Shown: positions 50,324-64,000, counted from the first letter of the stretch. The stretch is DNA of 64,000 nt from Octopus vulgaris (GCA_951406725.2 OX597815.1:868001-932000), one strand, 5' to 3'. Notes: generated from the sequence alone by a model not told the origin. Numbers and translations: made by a program.

Positions 50324-51465
50324 TGTACATGTCGTGTGTGTGTGTGCGTGTGTAATATTTTGTCACTGTGTATATTATATACACACATGTGTATATAAAA
50401 ACATACATTATATATTTGTGTGTGTGTGTGTGTGCATTTGTATGATTGGAAATCTTTTATCTTTTACCGGTCTCAGTCATTGGATTGCGCTCAGGCTGAC
50501 AGAATCATTAGCATGTTGCTTTAAAATGCATTTCGTTGTTTTGAGTTCAAATTCTGCTGAGGGCAACTTTACCTTTCATCCTGAGATGGATAAAATAAGT
50601 TGATGTAATCAACTTAGCCCTTCCCTTGAACTTGCAGGACCTTGTGCCAAAATTTGAAACTATTATTAAATATATCTTTTAAACTGTTATATAATTGTTA
50701 CTCTGTCGAAAGTTGTATATATATGTGTATATGTTCCTTTCACCACCGTCTAACAGGGAAAAGATACATACATGCAAATATAAACCGACCTATGCTCATG
50801 TACAAGCCCACGCAATCCTATAAACCTATATACACACATATTTATGATGCCAGGTCTGCCTGACTGGTTCCTGTGCTGGTGGCAATTAAAAAGCACCCAC
50901 TGCACTCTTGGTGTGGTTGGCATTAGGAAGGGCATCCAGCTGTAGAAACCTTGCCAGATCAGCTTGGAGCCTGGTGCAGCTTTCTGGCTTGTCACTCCTC
51001 AGTCAAACCGTCCAACCCATGCCAGCATAGAAAATGGACGTTAAACGATGACGATGATGAAACGGTAAGATGAGGGGTAAAAAAAATAACCCACAGAATT
51101 ATTATTGTACATCAGGTCTTCCATATTTTTTTTATTAATGAAATTGTTCATGGGTTCCTGTTTGGTTAACAAATTGGTTTATATTAAACCCAGACCTATA
51201 ATTGGACATGAGGACAGAAATTTTCACCACCTCCAGAAATACTGGTTTTGAGAAGTTTTGTTATGCAACCAGCCCAATATTTCTTGTTCAAGGATACATG
51301 CTTTACTAATTTTCCCATCAGCAGGAAAAAAAAATTGTAAATGCATTACTTGTGTGTGTGTGTGAGTGTATATAGAGATGGAGGGTTGTGCATATTGATT
51401 TCTAGTCCTACTAATGGGTATAGTTTATACATAATACAGGAATATATACATCCATCATACACATA

Positions 51466-51752
51466 CAGTGGCGGACTGGGTCTAGAAATATTGGTGGCCA
51501 GGAGACTAAGGGAACCCACCCACAACTACAAGGGGCCCATTCGCAACTACAATGCTATTGTCTATTTATTTTGTTAAAAGTATTCTTTTCAGCTGTTGAC
51601 AAACACAGCCAGGCTGAAATAATTAGTGCATTCTTCCAGGAGTGAATAAAAAATTCTCAAACTTGAGAACATGGGCCCCCATTTATGGATTCTAATGCTG
51701 CAGGGGCCCACTTGCCATTGGGCAAGCTGGCAACCTGGCCAATCTGCCACTG
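51466..51752. mobile_element. hAT-family MITE
   Basis: TIRs CAGTGGCGGACTGG / CCAATCTGCCACTG and a perfect 8-bp TSD TACACATA (51458-51465, 51753-51760). Confidence 0.88.
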
Positions 51753-53023
51753 TACACATATTATCACAAGATACCCCACTTGTAGATACACATCTATTAT
51801 AAGATGTGTATGATGTACACTTATGTGTATAATTAGAAAGATGTGCACAGGTGTGGCTGTGTGGTAGGTTTTCTTCCCAGCCACATGGTTCCAGGTTCAG
51901 TCCCACTGCATGTCACCTTGGACAAATGTCTTCTATAGCCTCGGGTGGACCAAAGCCTTATGAGTGGATTTCGGAGATGAAAAATGACGTCTCGTAACTT
52001 AACAGTTTGGCAAAAGAGACTGACGGAATAACTACCAGGCTTAAAAAAAAAAGTCCTGGGGTTGATTCATTCAACTAAAATTTCTTCAAGGCAGTGCTCC
52101 AGCATGACCACAGCCTAATGACAGAAACGAAAGGTAAAAGATACATCATCCTCATCATTTGACCTCCGTTTTCCATACTGACATGAATTGGACAGTTTGA
52201 CAGGATTTGGTAAATCAGAGGACCACATTCATATCCAGTGTCTGCTTTGGGGTGGCTTCTACGGCTGGATGCCCTTTACAGAGTGGACTGGGTGCTTTTT
52301 ATGTTGCATCAATGGGAGCAAGGTTGCCATCTAACTCCCAAGAGTGCGATCCCTTTCAACTGAGTAGGACTATATGAGAGAAGGAAGTGACTTTGAGTGT
52401 TGAGTTCTGTGAGGCTAAACTATAAAAGAAGGGACAGGAACAGGTTTTTTTAGGTGTTGAGACAGGGCCATATTGCATTATAGAGGAATGGGTGGGAATA
52501 GTCAGGGGGGAACTCAAAAGAGAGATAAAGATACTGGTGATGAGGGGTCAGTGATCCTTTGACCATTTTGCATTCAGCTTCCTCTGTCGAATGTAATTTG
52601 TATTTATTCTCTTTGTTTTATTTTAGTTATGCATTATCTTGTAGCTCCGACATTTTGACACAGTGTGATTGCTTATTTTCAGAATGACATGGTAGGGTAG
52701 GTGTGAAAGGCTAGATCTGGCCAGTTTGAACATAGAACAGGGAGAATGTCTTGGTTGGATATGGGGTTTGGTTTAAATGCTAAAGAGTTGAAGAACAAGA
52801 AGTAAATATGAGAGGGCGGGGAGGGGGGGCAGGAAGGGTTGGTGGGTAGACATTGTAAGCGTGTATTGGAATAGAGAGGGCTGGTTAGGGGTAGATATGT
52901 GTGGGTGTATATGTACACATACATAAACACACATGACAACCCACTTCATCTAGATTTTATGCTATAAAATTCAGTGTGTGATGTTGTCTTAAATATGACT
53001 AATATAGTGAAGCAAGGCTGCTA

Positions 53024-53652
53024 AATTGACCAGGACTCAACACAGGGGCCTAACTCAATTGACCAGGACTCAACACAGGGGCCTAACTCAATTGACCAGG
53101 ACTCAACACAGGGGCCTAACTCAATTGACCAGGACTCAACACAGGGGCCTAACTCACTTGACCAGGACTCAACACAGGGGCCTAACTCAATTGACCAGGA
53201 CTCAACACAGGGGCCTAACTCAATTGACCAGGACTCAACACAGGGGCCTAACTCAATTGACCAGGTCTCAACACAGGGGCCTAACTCAATTGACCAGGTC
53301 TCAACACAGGGGCCTAACTCAATTGACCAGGTCTCAACACAGGGGCCTAACTCAATTGACCAGGACTCAACACAGGGGCCTAACTCAATTGACCAGGTCT
53401 CAACACAGGGGCCTAACTCAATTGACCAGGACTCAACACAGGGGCCTAACTCAATTGACCAGGACTCAACACAGGGGCCTAACTCAATTGACCAGGACTC
53501 AACACAGGGGCCTAACTCAATTGACCAGGACTCAACACAGGGGCCTAACTCAATTGACCAGGACTCAACACAGGGGCCTAACTCAATTGACCAGGACTCA
53601 ACACAGGGGCCTAACTCAATTGACCAGGTCTCAACACAGGGGCCTAACTCAA
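53024..53652. repeat. 33-bp minisatellite, about 19 copies (AATTGACCAGGACTCAACACAGGGGCCTAACTC)
   Basis: Direct inspection; only an A/T variant and one C variant among the units. Confidence 0.97.
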
Positions 53653-54863
53653 TGCTTGGAATGTTGTTACAGTTGGTCTTCTGACTTTGAAATAGAAACA
53701 TGTGTAAATATCATTACTGCTTGTGTTACTCACACACAAGCGTGTACATGTGCACATATATACATACACACATATGTTACATGCTTGCAATGTTGTTACA
53801 GTTGGTTTTCTGACTTTAAAATAGAAACATGTGTAAATATGAATTGGTGCCACAGAATTAGTAAATAAATATCATAGAAGTGCAAATAAATATCCTTACT
53901 GCTTGTGTTACACACACACACACACATACCTGCACGTGTGCACATACACACACACACCTGCACGTGTGCACATACACACACACACACATCCACTCACATT
54001 ACCTTATGTAAATCCATTATATATCACATGACATGCATCAGAGGAATTTTTCTAATAACTTTCTCTATCTTTAGTTCAAAAGAGCAACTACTAAGGGTGA
54101 TAACTAATTATTAAAACTCTTGTTCTAGTTATTCTATACTGAAGATATTTCTGACAGTTTATAGAAATAGTTGGCTTGTACTCGTAGCATACTTAACATT
54201 CATCTTTAGACCATCCAGATATGAGTGTGTCTGATAAAGTCTTCAGTATGGCTTCTTTATATGTTTCTCAGTGTCAGGTTATCTTCAACCCTAACCCCTG
54301 TTATCTGCCTGTGGGTGGGTGAGGTGTAGCAGTTTAGTCTTACTGGGAAGATTGTTTTGACTTAAAATCTAAATGTGAGATTACATGATTAAGGAGCCAA
54401 CTCTTGTGACCTTCAGCCTTCATCATGGCCTTTGTATATCTGCTGTGTTTTCTGGTTGAGACGGTGACATTTTGCTAGTCAGTAAAATCTAGCCATTATC
54501 ATCACCAGTAAAGGCGATGCAGTCCTTTTAGTAAGAATACAAAACAACCAAACCAAAATAACATTGAGATTTTCAGTTTATGTCTTAATGCCCCCTCCCT
54601 GTCCCTTCCTCTCACTTTTTCCCCAACCATAACCCTCACCTAGACCCCCATTACATTCATTAAGACCCCCTAACTCCATATCTGCCAATGATCACCATGG
54701 CTCAGGAATTTCAAGATAGCAGGTCTGTTGCCAGGCCTTTGAACTCTGCCCAGACATCTAAACAATATTACTGTTAGATTTTTACCATTTTTAAGACAAT
54801 GAAGAATATTCTTTCATATTTTGATGATATTTTTTCTAAACTATTTCAAAATCAATTAAGATG

Positions 54864-55018
54864 TCTTTCGTCACACATCTGTGACCTCTTCGGTGACACT
54901 TTCCATCTTTGTGTGTGCTTTTTTTCTGCTTATTCCATTCTCTTTGGAATAAGCAGAGTAAGAGCACACATGAAGACAGAAAGTGTCGCTGAGGAGGTGA
55001 CAGATGTGTGACAAAAGA
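54864..55018. repeat. Imperfect 74-bp-arm hairpin with a 7-nt loop
   Basis: Arms 54864-54937 and 54945-55018 pair without gaps. Confidence 0.9.
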
Positions 55019-56928
55019 TTTTCAGACAATAGACATGAATTCAAAGACAGCCACAACAAAATGCTGAATTATTCAACCCTGTATCATTTCTATTTGGTTT
55101 ATCTCCCTCACATCATCACCTTCGCTGCCTTTTTTCCTTCCAGATTCTTCTAAGCAACAAATAGATCTCCCTTACAGTCTGTCCCAATTCAAATTTCCTT
55201 ACCATCTTGTTTAGAGCTTCAGTGAGAATACAAGTTCACCTGTGGTTCTCAGTCACCTGCTTACACGGTCTGCTGATCCGTAGCAGCTCATCTTGCTCGT
55301 GATTGTCGACCAAATCACCACAGATTGTCCGAGCAGATGTAGCCTGGGTTTGAAGCAAGTTCTAGGGGCAGGCTTTAACAAAAGCCAAGGGGTGTCTCAC
55401 TCCCAGTGGTCTTCCTGTATTAACCCAGAATTTTTAAAGGCCCATGATATTGTTAGATAGTTGTTCACCTGTCTTTTTGATGGATCTTATTTGTTGTAGC
55501 AACCTTCCTCATCAGGCAAGTCTAGTTGGGGTTAAATCGCCAATTACCTGACCATGCAATAGTTTGTACTGGATTCCGTGTTACCAGTTGCACTCATGAG
55601 AGACCTCACAAGTGACCAAAGTTGACTTTGTAATAATGTACAGAGAGGTTCAACTCCCTATCAAGGGATGTGGACAAGATGTCTTCTACAATGGCTTGAA
55701 GTCAACAGAAAGTATGTGGGAGGCCAGTTTGTCCCTAGGTTTAACCCTACCATCACCTGATCTCCCTCACTCAGCTTAAGTGGAACCATCCACTCTGGAT
55801 GTTTTTTAATAGCTTCCCATGAACTTTAAAGTTCCTTCCTCTCCCTTCGTTGTCACGGGTTGATTTCTCCCACATTTTCAACATTCCAGATATGATATAG
55901 AATCCTTTTGTCTTGTTCATGGTACCAAGAACTGCTTCAAATGTTCTGATAATTGGAGCTGGTTTTAATGACATCCTGTAATGACAGAGCTTAGGACAAG
56001 AGAGCAGGCCAGAAGTAGGAAATGCTTTATTTAATCATGTTGACATTGCACAATAGGAGTATTAACAGAAATTAAACATACTTGAGCGTCACCGTCATCG
56101 TTATCCTAACGAGCTGCTGGAATTGTTGGCACACGGGACAAAATGCTTAATTGTATTTTGTTTCCAGGTCAAATTCTGCTGAGGTCAACTTTGCCTTTTA
56201 TCCTTTTGGGGTCAATAAAGTTAGCACCAGTTGAACAATGGGGTCAATATAATCAACTAGCCCTGTCACCCAAAATTTCAGGATGGCAAGCTGGCAGAAT
56301 TGTTAGCATGATGCTAAGTGGTATTTCGCTAGTCTTTATGTTCTGAGTTCAAATTCCACCATGGTCAACTTTGCCTTTTATCCTTTTGGGGTCGATGAAA
56401 TGAGTACCAGTTACACACAGGGGTCGATATAATTGACTGGCCCCTCCCCCAAAATTTCAGGCCTTGTGCCTATAATAGAAAGGATTATTATTATAATAAA
56501 ATTCTTATGTATGGCTAACAAATGAGGGGTTCGGCAGCAAAGGAAGACTTGTCAAATAGGTATGAGGGTAAGTTGAAGTGATCCCTAAAATCTCTACAGC
56601 TTAACTTGGGCATCTTGGGGAAGTCATTGCAAAGATCGATCTGCATGGCGTAAAATATATCAGGATGCATCCAAACAATTTGAGTTGAAGAAAAAGAACA
56701 ATAAAAGAACAATAAAAGAACAATATGCTGCAACCAACAAACACATTTGCCCAATTCCAGACAAAATCAAAAGCCTGAATGTCCTCATTGCGACTTCATA
56801 CCAAAATCCATCCCTCAACTCAAATTGCATTCACGCATCCATCACAAACAGAGGCAGCTTCTTAGCGCTTTTTGTTTTTGTTTTTTTTCTTTCTATTATT
56901 CTCTTTAAGTCCTCTCCTTCAAACATGC

Positions 56929-56966
<38 letters not shown>

Positions 56967-58849
56967 TATTATTATTATTGTGGTTGGGAGAAACTTAAAA
57001 GCTTTACTCTCTTTTATTCTTTTACTTGTTTCAGTCATTTGACTGCAGCCATGCTGGAGCACCGCCTTTAATTGAGCAACTCGACCCCGGGACTTATTCT
57101 TTTGTAAGCCCAGTACTTATTCTATCGGTCTCTTTTGCCGAACTGCTAAGTAACGGGCACGTAAACACACCAGCATCGGTTGTCAAGCAATGCTAGGGGG
57201 ACAAACACAGACACAAACGGGCTTCTTTCAGTTTCTGTCTACCAAATCCACTCACAAGGCATTGGTCGGCCCGGGGCTATAGTAGAAGACACTTGCCCAA
57301 GGCGCCATGCAGTGGGACTGAACCCGGAACCATGTGGTTGGTTAGCAAGCTACTTACCACACAGCCACTCCTGCGCCTATTTGTAAAAATAGCTTTGTAA
57401 AAAAAAAAAAGTACTTTGTGTTGTTTGTTTCACCTCTTGAACTCCTGAGATGAACTTTATTTTATTGGCCTCAGAAGAATGAAAAGCAAAGTACTCAAGT
57501 ACTTGCCTCCATGGCATCGCTTCATTCCCTGTCCCACCTAAAAAAAAAATAAATTGCTGGCCTTGTGCTTAAATTAGAAACCATTCTTCTTCATGTTCTT
57601 AACATTAAATCTCAGATTTAGCATTTTGAGTTCTTTAAGTTGCCTCATGATGGTCTTGGAAACTGACTGTCCCAAGACTCTGTGTGTGTGTGCAGACAGA
57701 TACACACACACACACACACTCAACTATTTCTGTCATCCTATCCTCTTCATCTCCTTCCTCCTCTTCCACTCTATTCCTACTCAGGCATGGCTGTGTGGTG
57801 TGGTGAGATGTTTGCTTCCCAACCACATGGTTCCGGGTTCAATCTCACTCCATGGCATTTTGGGCAAGTGTCTCTTCTATTATAGCTTCAGGCTAACCAA
57901 AGCCTTGTGAGCAGATTTGATGGACAGAAACTGAAAGAAGCCTGTCATGTGTGTGTGTGTGTGTGTTTCACCACAGCTTGACAACCAGTGTTGGTTTGTT
58001 TATGTCCCCGTGACTTAGCAGTTCAGTGAAAGAGATTAATAGAAGAAGTACCAAGTTTTAAAAAAATGAGACCCAGGGGTCGATTCATTTGACTAAAAAT
58101 TCTTCATGGCCGCAGTCTAATGACTGAAACTAGTAAAAGATAAAAGATTCTCTCACAATTAAGGAAGGTTGAGGGTTTGTGTGCATAAAGTCCCTGGTTG
58201 CAAGTGACAACCATTCCTAATCGTTAACAGCTTCGTTACTCATCATTTTCTTAATTGCTGGGTATTTAAGATGTCTTGATCTTAGTCTTCTATTATTATT
58301 CCATTCACATTTGTATTGTATTATAATCTTTGCCTTGTTTCAGCCATTGGACTGTGGCCATGCTGGGTCCAAAGAAATCAACCCTAGTGCTTTTTCCTTT
58401 TAATGTTAGTACCTACCCTATCAGTCTCTTTTGGCGAACCACTAAGTCACTGGGATGTAAACACACTGACTCTAGTTGTCAAGCAGTGGTGGGAGACAAA
58501 CACACACACACACACATATGAATGATGGGCTTCTTTCAGTTTCCATCTACCAAATTCACTTGTACAGCTTTGGTTGGCCCAAGGCTATAGAAGACACTTG
58601 CCCAAGGTGCCATGCACCAGAATTGAACCTGAAACCGTAGAATTGGAAAGCAAACTTCTTACCATATAGCCATTTGTATAAGAATATTAATAAAGTCCAT
58701 TATTTGTGACTGGTCCTTCATTGACCCCAGAAAAGTCAAAGTCAACTTTGTTAGGGTTTGAACTTGAGTGTAACATAAAGGCAAATAATGCACCAAATTT
58801 TTTGGTCAGATGCTCTGCTGATTCTTGTAATAAAGAATATTTTTAGCAG

Positions 58850-58902
<53 letters not shown>

Positions 58903-60139
58903 GATGTTGCTTAATGAAGTAAGTTGTGCTTACATGTACTTGTATGTGCAGGTGTGGCTGTGTGGTAAGAAGCTTGCTTCCCAACCACATAGTTCCAGGT
59001 ACCTTGGGCAAGTATTTTCTGCTGTAACCTCAGGCCAACCAAAGCCTTTTGAGTGGATTTGGTAGACGGAGAAGAAAAGAAGCCCGTCATGTATATATAT
59101 ATATATATAATCAAAATAAGCAACAAGAATGACTCCAGTAATTTGGTATGATCGTTTCATACTACATCATTTTATTAAATGTTGTAAGTATTACAACAGT
59201 TTTAAAATGCTGAGCACTCATCAGCCAATTATAGAGGTTTTCCATTAATACAAAAATTTTCATATCAAGTGGCAACATTATAGAGAAGGTAGATACATGG
59301 ACAAAGATGTGGATTTAAATTTTAAGAACATTTGAGGTAGTGGAGCCCATCAACTGACTGACTAAGATTCAGTTGTTCCAGACTACTGTAAGGTTCTGAG
59401 AATGAAGAACAAATGAGAGGAGACAATAAAGATTTTCTATTTATAGAAATGGGGTAAAGGGGATGTCATAGCTCCATATAAGGAATTTATGTGGAAGACA
59501 GCATTGTCACAACTAATTGCCAATTACTACTATTTGATGAACAGATTCAGTGTTAGGAGAACTTGGTCAAAGTCAAATGGTCACAATAACATTCACAGAG
59601 AATGCAGAGACCTTACAAACCCTATGCATATCAACACAGCAGTTGGTCTATAAGTTCCAAGTACTTTGACACGTTAGAATAAAGGAAAAAATCTAAATCT
59701 AAAATTTATTCAAATTTGGAGAAAGAGACTATTACTTATTATGAGTAGGCATAGTACTTATAAACTGGGGGGGGAAGCCTTAATAATCAAGTGAACATAT
59801 TAGGGGTCAAAATATATACTAAGAAAGATGGAAGGCCTCCACAACGGTGGAGTTACGATTTCAGGAGGACGATTGGGATCACGTGGATGAGAAAGGTGTG
59901 ATCCAGAGAGGAGTGGACAGCGTGCTGTGACCAGCGGTGTCAAATGGACGCCCAACGGACTGGTTAGTCAAGGTGATATATATATATGTTATGAGAGGTA
60001 ATGGTGACAATAAGACCCAAAGGTGTCAGGTAATGCTGAGTAAGTGCTATGGGCAGATTATACTTAAGCTCCAGGTTTGGTGATTATGCAAATGAGGAGT
60101 CCAACGTAGGTCATATATCAGCATGCATATATATATAAA

Positions 60140-60520
60140 AATTAACAGAATGGGCTAAAAATCCAAAGATTTCAGAACATTTGTAAAGAGAAAGTCTTAC
60201 AGCTGTTTCCGGGATATTTTATATATCCCTTCATCGGAGACAGTGTGAGAAAATGGTTAAGCAATACTTATTCTAGATAAGATACGAAATAGAGAGTGAA
60301 GTGCAGGAATGAAAACAAGATCTGCAGGGATATTGTATCTTCCTGTGCCTTGTGTGTAAGTTCCAATAGTATATAAAATTGGTCATTCCAAGCATAGAGT
60401 TTGTACACGGTGTTATTGGATTGAGGGTTTTTTTGAAGTGACTTAAAAGTTGGGAATGTGTTTGTAAGGTCAAAATTCACTTGTCCCTGACGAAAAATAC
60501 TTCTCCAGTACTGTTCTGAC
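60140..60520 (-). mobile_element. Penelope-like element remnant (GIY-YIG-like NTVYK...QFYI and a pLTR tail); second copy at about 61570-62060
   Basis: Both copies share ...GATGAAGGGATAT..ATATCC..GAAACAGCTGTAAGAC and a degraded GIY-YIG-like peptide. Confidence 0.55.
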
Positions 60521-60559
60521 CTCGTCTACAGAAATCATATTTTTCCTGTCCAAATGATT

Positions 60560-61560
60560 TTGAAGACTGTGGAATAAATGATAATCAGATGGGGCAATGT
60601 CTGGTGAATATGGTGATGGGGCATTGTTTCTCATTTAAACTGCTCCAACCTTTGGAATGTCATCCTCGCTGTATGTGGCTAAGCATTATCCTGATGGAAG
60701 AACACCTTTTGTCTTGATACCAAAGATGGTCGTTTTTCTTCTAGTGCTGACTTAAGCCACTCAAGCTGTTCATAGTAGCTCTTTGTTATCGTTTGGTTTG
60801 GGTTTAAAAGTTCAAAGTGGAGTAAACCTTTCATATCCCACCGAACAGATAACACTTTACGTGGGTAACGACCTTTAGCCTGGGGTGCCTGTGTTTCTCC
60901 TTTCCCTTCCCAGTGTCTTCTGTGCTTGACACTTTTATAGAGAACTCATTTCTTGTCACCAGTCACTATTCAGTCCCAATAAGAGTCATTTGTGAGATGT
61001 GACAGCAGAGAAGTGCACACATTCACTCTCTGCATGCAATTAAGCTTGGAAAGTTTGTGAAGAACTCATTGACCCAGTTTGCTGACTTTTCTCATGGCCC
61101 ACCAGTGTCGAATGGTTAAATGAGCAAATCCAAAGTTCTCTGCTAGTTCCTCATCAGTTACAATGGGATTTTGTTCTACCAAGGTCATCGAGCTCTTCAG
61201 ATCTTCCAGGATGTAGCTGTAGTTTCCAGCTCGGAGTTTCTGGAGCCAGTGTTGATGCTGGCTTATGCTTATTGTCCGATCCCCATACACTGCATTAATA
61301 TTCCTTGCACTTTACATTGCATTGTTGCCTTTATTGAACTCAGAAAGCAAAATATGCCAAATATGCTCCTTTTCACTTTCATTATAACTTTGAAAAAAAC
61401 TGTTAAAATCAAACTGCACTCTTCAAAACTTGCACTAAGAATAAGGTAAAATTACTCCCTGCTTTTATAGCAAGTCGATGCAGGGAGTTTATCCTGTCAT
61501 TCTCTGAGTTTTTGTTCATGCAATTGAAAAAACCACATTATTTATGGGATGACTCAATGT
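60560..61560 (-). mobile_element. Degraded mariner transposon
   Basis: PYSPDIAPSDY at about 60581-60615; HTH region YGDRTIS..QHW..K.RAGN..LED; KLGQ-(W)V.H; TIR-like end CATTATTTATGGGATGACTCAAT. Confidence 0.8.
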
Positions 61561-62056
61561 GTGTATATATATAAGAATTTTTTGCGTAATAAGATAAAAA
61601 CCAAGACTGTATAGTTATTAGAGGATTTATAGATAGGTCTTACAGCTGTTTCTAGGATATTAATTAATAATAATATCCCTTCCTCGGAGACGGTGTGAGA
61701 GGATGGTTAAGTCATAATTAGTTTCGATGTGATATAAATAGAGAGTGGGGTGGAGGAAGGAAAATAGATGTAAGATATGTATGGGTATTGAAGTTGTAAA
61801 TCCGTTTTATAGGCATAATGGTATATATGCAATATTCCAATATCCTTTGTGTAAAATCCAAAAGTCCAACAGGGTTTAATATGAGTCCTTCCAAATATAG
61901 AATTTATAAGCAATGTAAGATTCCCTTATGGGTGAGATCCAGCAGATTTTTAAACTTGGTCATTCTCGGTAGGGAATTTGTATACTGTGTTGCAGAGTGC
62001 AAGGTTTTTATTTAAAGTGACCTAGAAATAGGGAGTGTATTGGTATGGTTAAATAC

Positions 62057-62108
<52 letters not shown>

Positions 62109-62654
62109 TGATGATGATGATATAGGCAGTACTCCAGCATGGCTGTAGTCAAGACTGAAACAAATAAAAGTATGTCTGTGTGTATGTATGTGTGTATATA
62201 TATATATATATTGAGTTAATTTGAGGAAGTCATATCCTTATTCGGGATTATAGAATCCAAGGTATTCCACTGGTTTAATCCCTATGTCTTCTCCATTTTC
62301 TTCTTGTTTCCCCCGCCCCCTAGTATATATATATATAGTGACACCTTCACATGTTTATCCCTTTTGCTTTGACCTGGTCCACTCTGGCCCAGCTCTTCTG
62401 CCTATTTTACATTTAAACTGGCCAGATCTGGTCTCTCACACCTACCCAACAAAGTCATTCTGAAAATAATGAATCACCAAAATCCTGAAGTTACAAGATA
62501 ATGCAGGATTAATTCACAACAATATAAATAAATAATCAATGTTTAAAGGGTTGACGCCAGGTGAGCCCTGAGTCAGGTGAGGCCTTTGACCAGATAGGTT
62601 TCAGCCTCCCATTACTCTGCCTTTTTACAGGCCATTGTAGATCTGCAACCAGTT

Positions 62655-63149
62655 CAGTGGTTTTCAACCGTTTATTTATTTATTTTATTTATTTATTTTA
62701 TTTTTTATTTTATCTAGTTTCAGCTCACGAGCTGTGGCCATGCTGGGGCACCGCCATATTTGTTTTGTTTTTGTTTTTCCAGTTTCAGCTCTTGAGCTGT
62801 GGCCATGCTGGGGCACCGCCATTGTGGTGAAAGAGTACAGCAGGGATCACCACCACCCCCTGCCTGAGCCTCGTAGAGCTTTTAGGTGTTTTCGCTCAAT
62901 AAACACACACAACGCCCGGTCTGAGAATCGAAACCGCGATCCTGCGACCACGAGTCCGCTGCCCTAACCACTAGGCCATTGCGCCTTATTTATTTATTTA
63001 TTTTTTGGTACTCTGATCAGATCCCAAACTGTAACTTTTTAGGGGGCCACAGTAAAAGATAGGTTTTATTAAAGAAAAGTTTATTTATAGGGAGAAGACT
63101 GTCATGGTGGCATGCGGCCCTTGGGACCATTTGGGGTTGAGAACCACTG
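62655..63149. mobile_element. hAT/Charlie-like MITE containing nested SINE fragments
   Basis: TIRs CAGTGGTTTTCAACC / GGTTGAGAACCACTG; no TSD recognisable. Confidence 0.6.
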
Positions 63150-63522
63150 AGGTTGATTGTCTCAGATATTCATCTCTTTTCAAGACAGTAGGAGATTTAG
63201 TTGCTGTTTCTAGCAGACTGAGTGACTGCCTACAAGTTAATCTTGTTGGGCTGGCTGGCTGGCTGGCTGCATTGCTATTTTTAACTGGAGCAGAAATTAC
63301 CTTGAGGTATTTGGGTAGGAATTTAGAATCAAGTCTGGTGAGAGATTACATAACAGAGTGGAAGGTCTAGTTGCTGGCTTACAGGTGGAATGGTAAATAT
63401 TGGGTGGGAAGGGGGGGGGGAGACAATGGAATGACAGAAATAGTTGAGTGCCAGATTACAGCATGGCTGGGGGAAGGGTTTGTTTTAGGATCGGTGTGTG
63501 TGTAAGTGTGTGAATGTTTCTG

Positions 63523-63554
<32 letters not shown>

Positions 63555-63591
63555 AATATTTGTGTGTATGTGTGTGTGTATATATATATAT

Positions 63592-63929
63592 AGGATCTGT
63601 TCACTTTGACCGGCAGATATAAAAAATAATTTCTTTGTAACTAAACACTTATAAACTTCATATTCTGGTAGAATGTGTCAAATAATAAGTCTTTTTCTCT
63701 TGGTGTTCTTGAGAAAATTCTGTATTTTCTAAGCTATTTGTTGTTAAATTTCTCGTATTTCGGCAATTTCAACCAGTCAATGACGTCTGTTGAGGTGAAT
63801 ACAATTACTGCTGTTGTTTGTCAGCAAGAAGTTCTGGTGGTGTACATTTTACCAATATATGAAGTTTAAAAGTGTTTAGTTACAAAAGAATTTTTTTTTA
63901 AAATCTGCCAGTCAAAGTGAAAAGATCCC
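63592..63929. mobile_element. MITE with TIRs of about 85 bp; partial copy at 37648-37803
   Basis: GGATCTGTTCACTTTGACCGGCAGAT... / ...ATCTGCCAGTCAAAGTGAAAAGATCCC. Confidence 0.8.
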
Positions 63930-64000
63930 AAAGATCTATCTATGAATATTTGTGTGTGTATTTGTCTCTATATCATCCTCATCCTCAAACCTGCATGTTC

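Noticed and set aside
53021-53868. Long repetitive ORFs on both strands, or a CRISPR-like array
   Set aside because: Pure tandem 33-bp repeat without unique spacers, in a eukaryotic context.

Overview
Eukaryotic, AT-rich, repeat-dense animal genomic DNA. The repeat complement (RTE LINE tails ending in (GAT)n, tRNA-headed SINEs, long CA/TA microsatellites) suggests a coleoid cephalopod such as Octopus; this is an inference. There are two divergently oriented genes. (1) On the minus strand is an RPGR-like RCC1-repeat gene. I reconstructed 13 coding exons from the ATG at 31868 down to about 3510, all with GT-AG introns and consistent phases; the gene probably continues past the left edge. (2) On the plus strand is an IAP/BIRC gene; only one coding exon (43802-44201, one complete BIR plus half of a second) could be found. 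Most six-frame ORFs are microsatellite or TE artefacts. The rest is a nested TE landscape: RTE, Dong/R4-like, CRE-like and L1/Tx1-like retroelements, two inverted Gypsy LTR/gag fragments, Helitrons, mariner, hAT MITEs, Penelope-like remnants and minisatellites. Most notable are: a 1.8-kb ORF1-only, HAL1-like Tx1/L1 derivative with a perfect 20-bp TSD, inserted in the RPDG endonuclease motif of a CRE-like element and sharing its 3' tail with a local SINE family; several long hairpins or inverted repeats in introns (candidate ADAR or circRNA substrates); minimal hammerhead-ribozyme motifs; and kB/IRF-like motifs upstream of the IAP gene.
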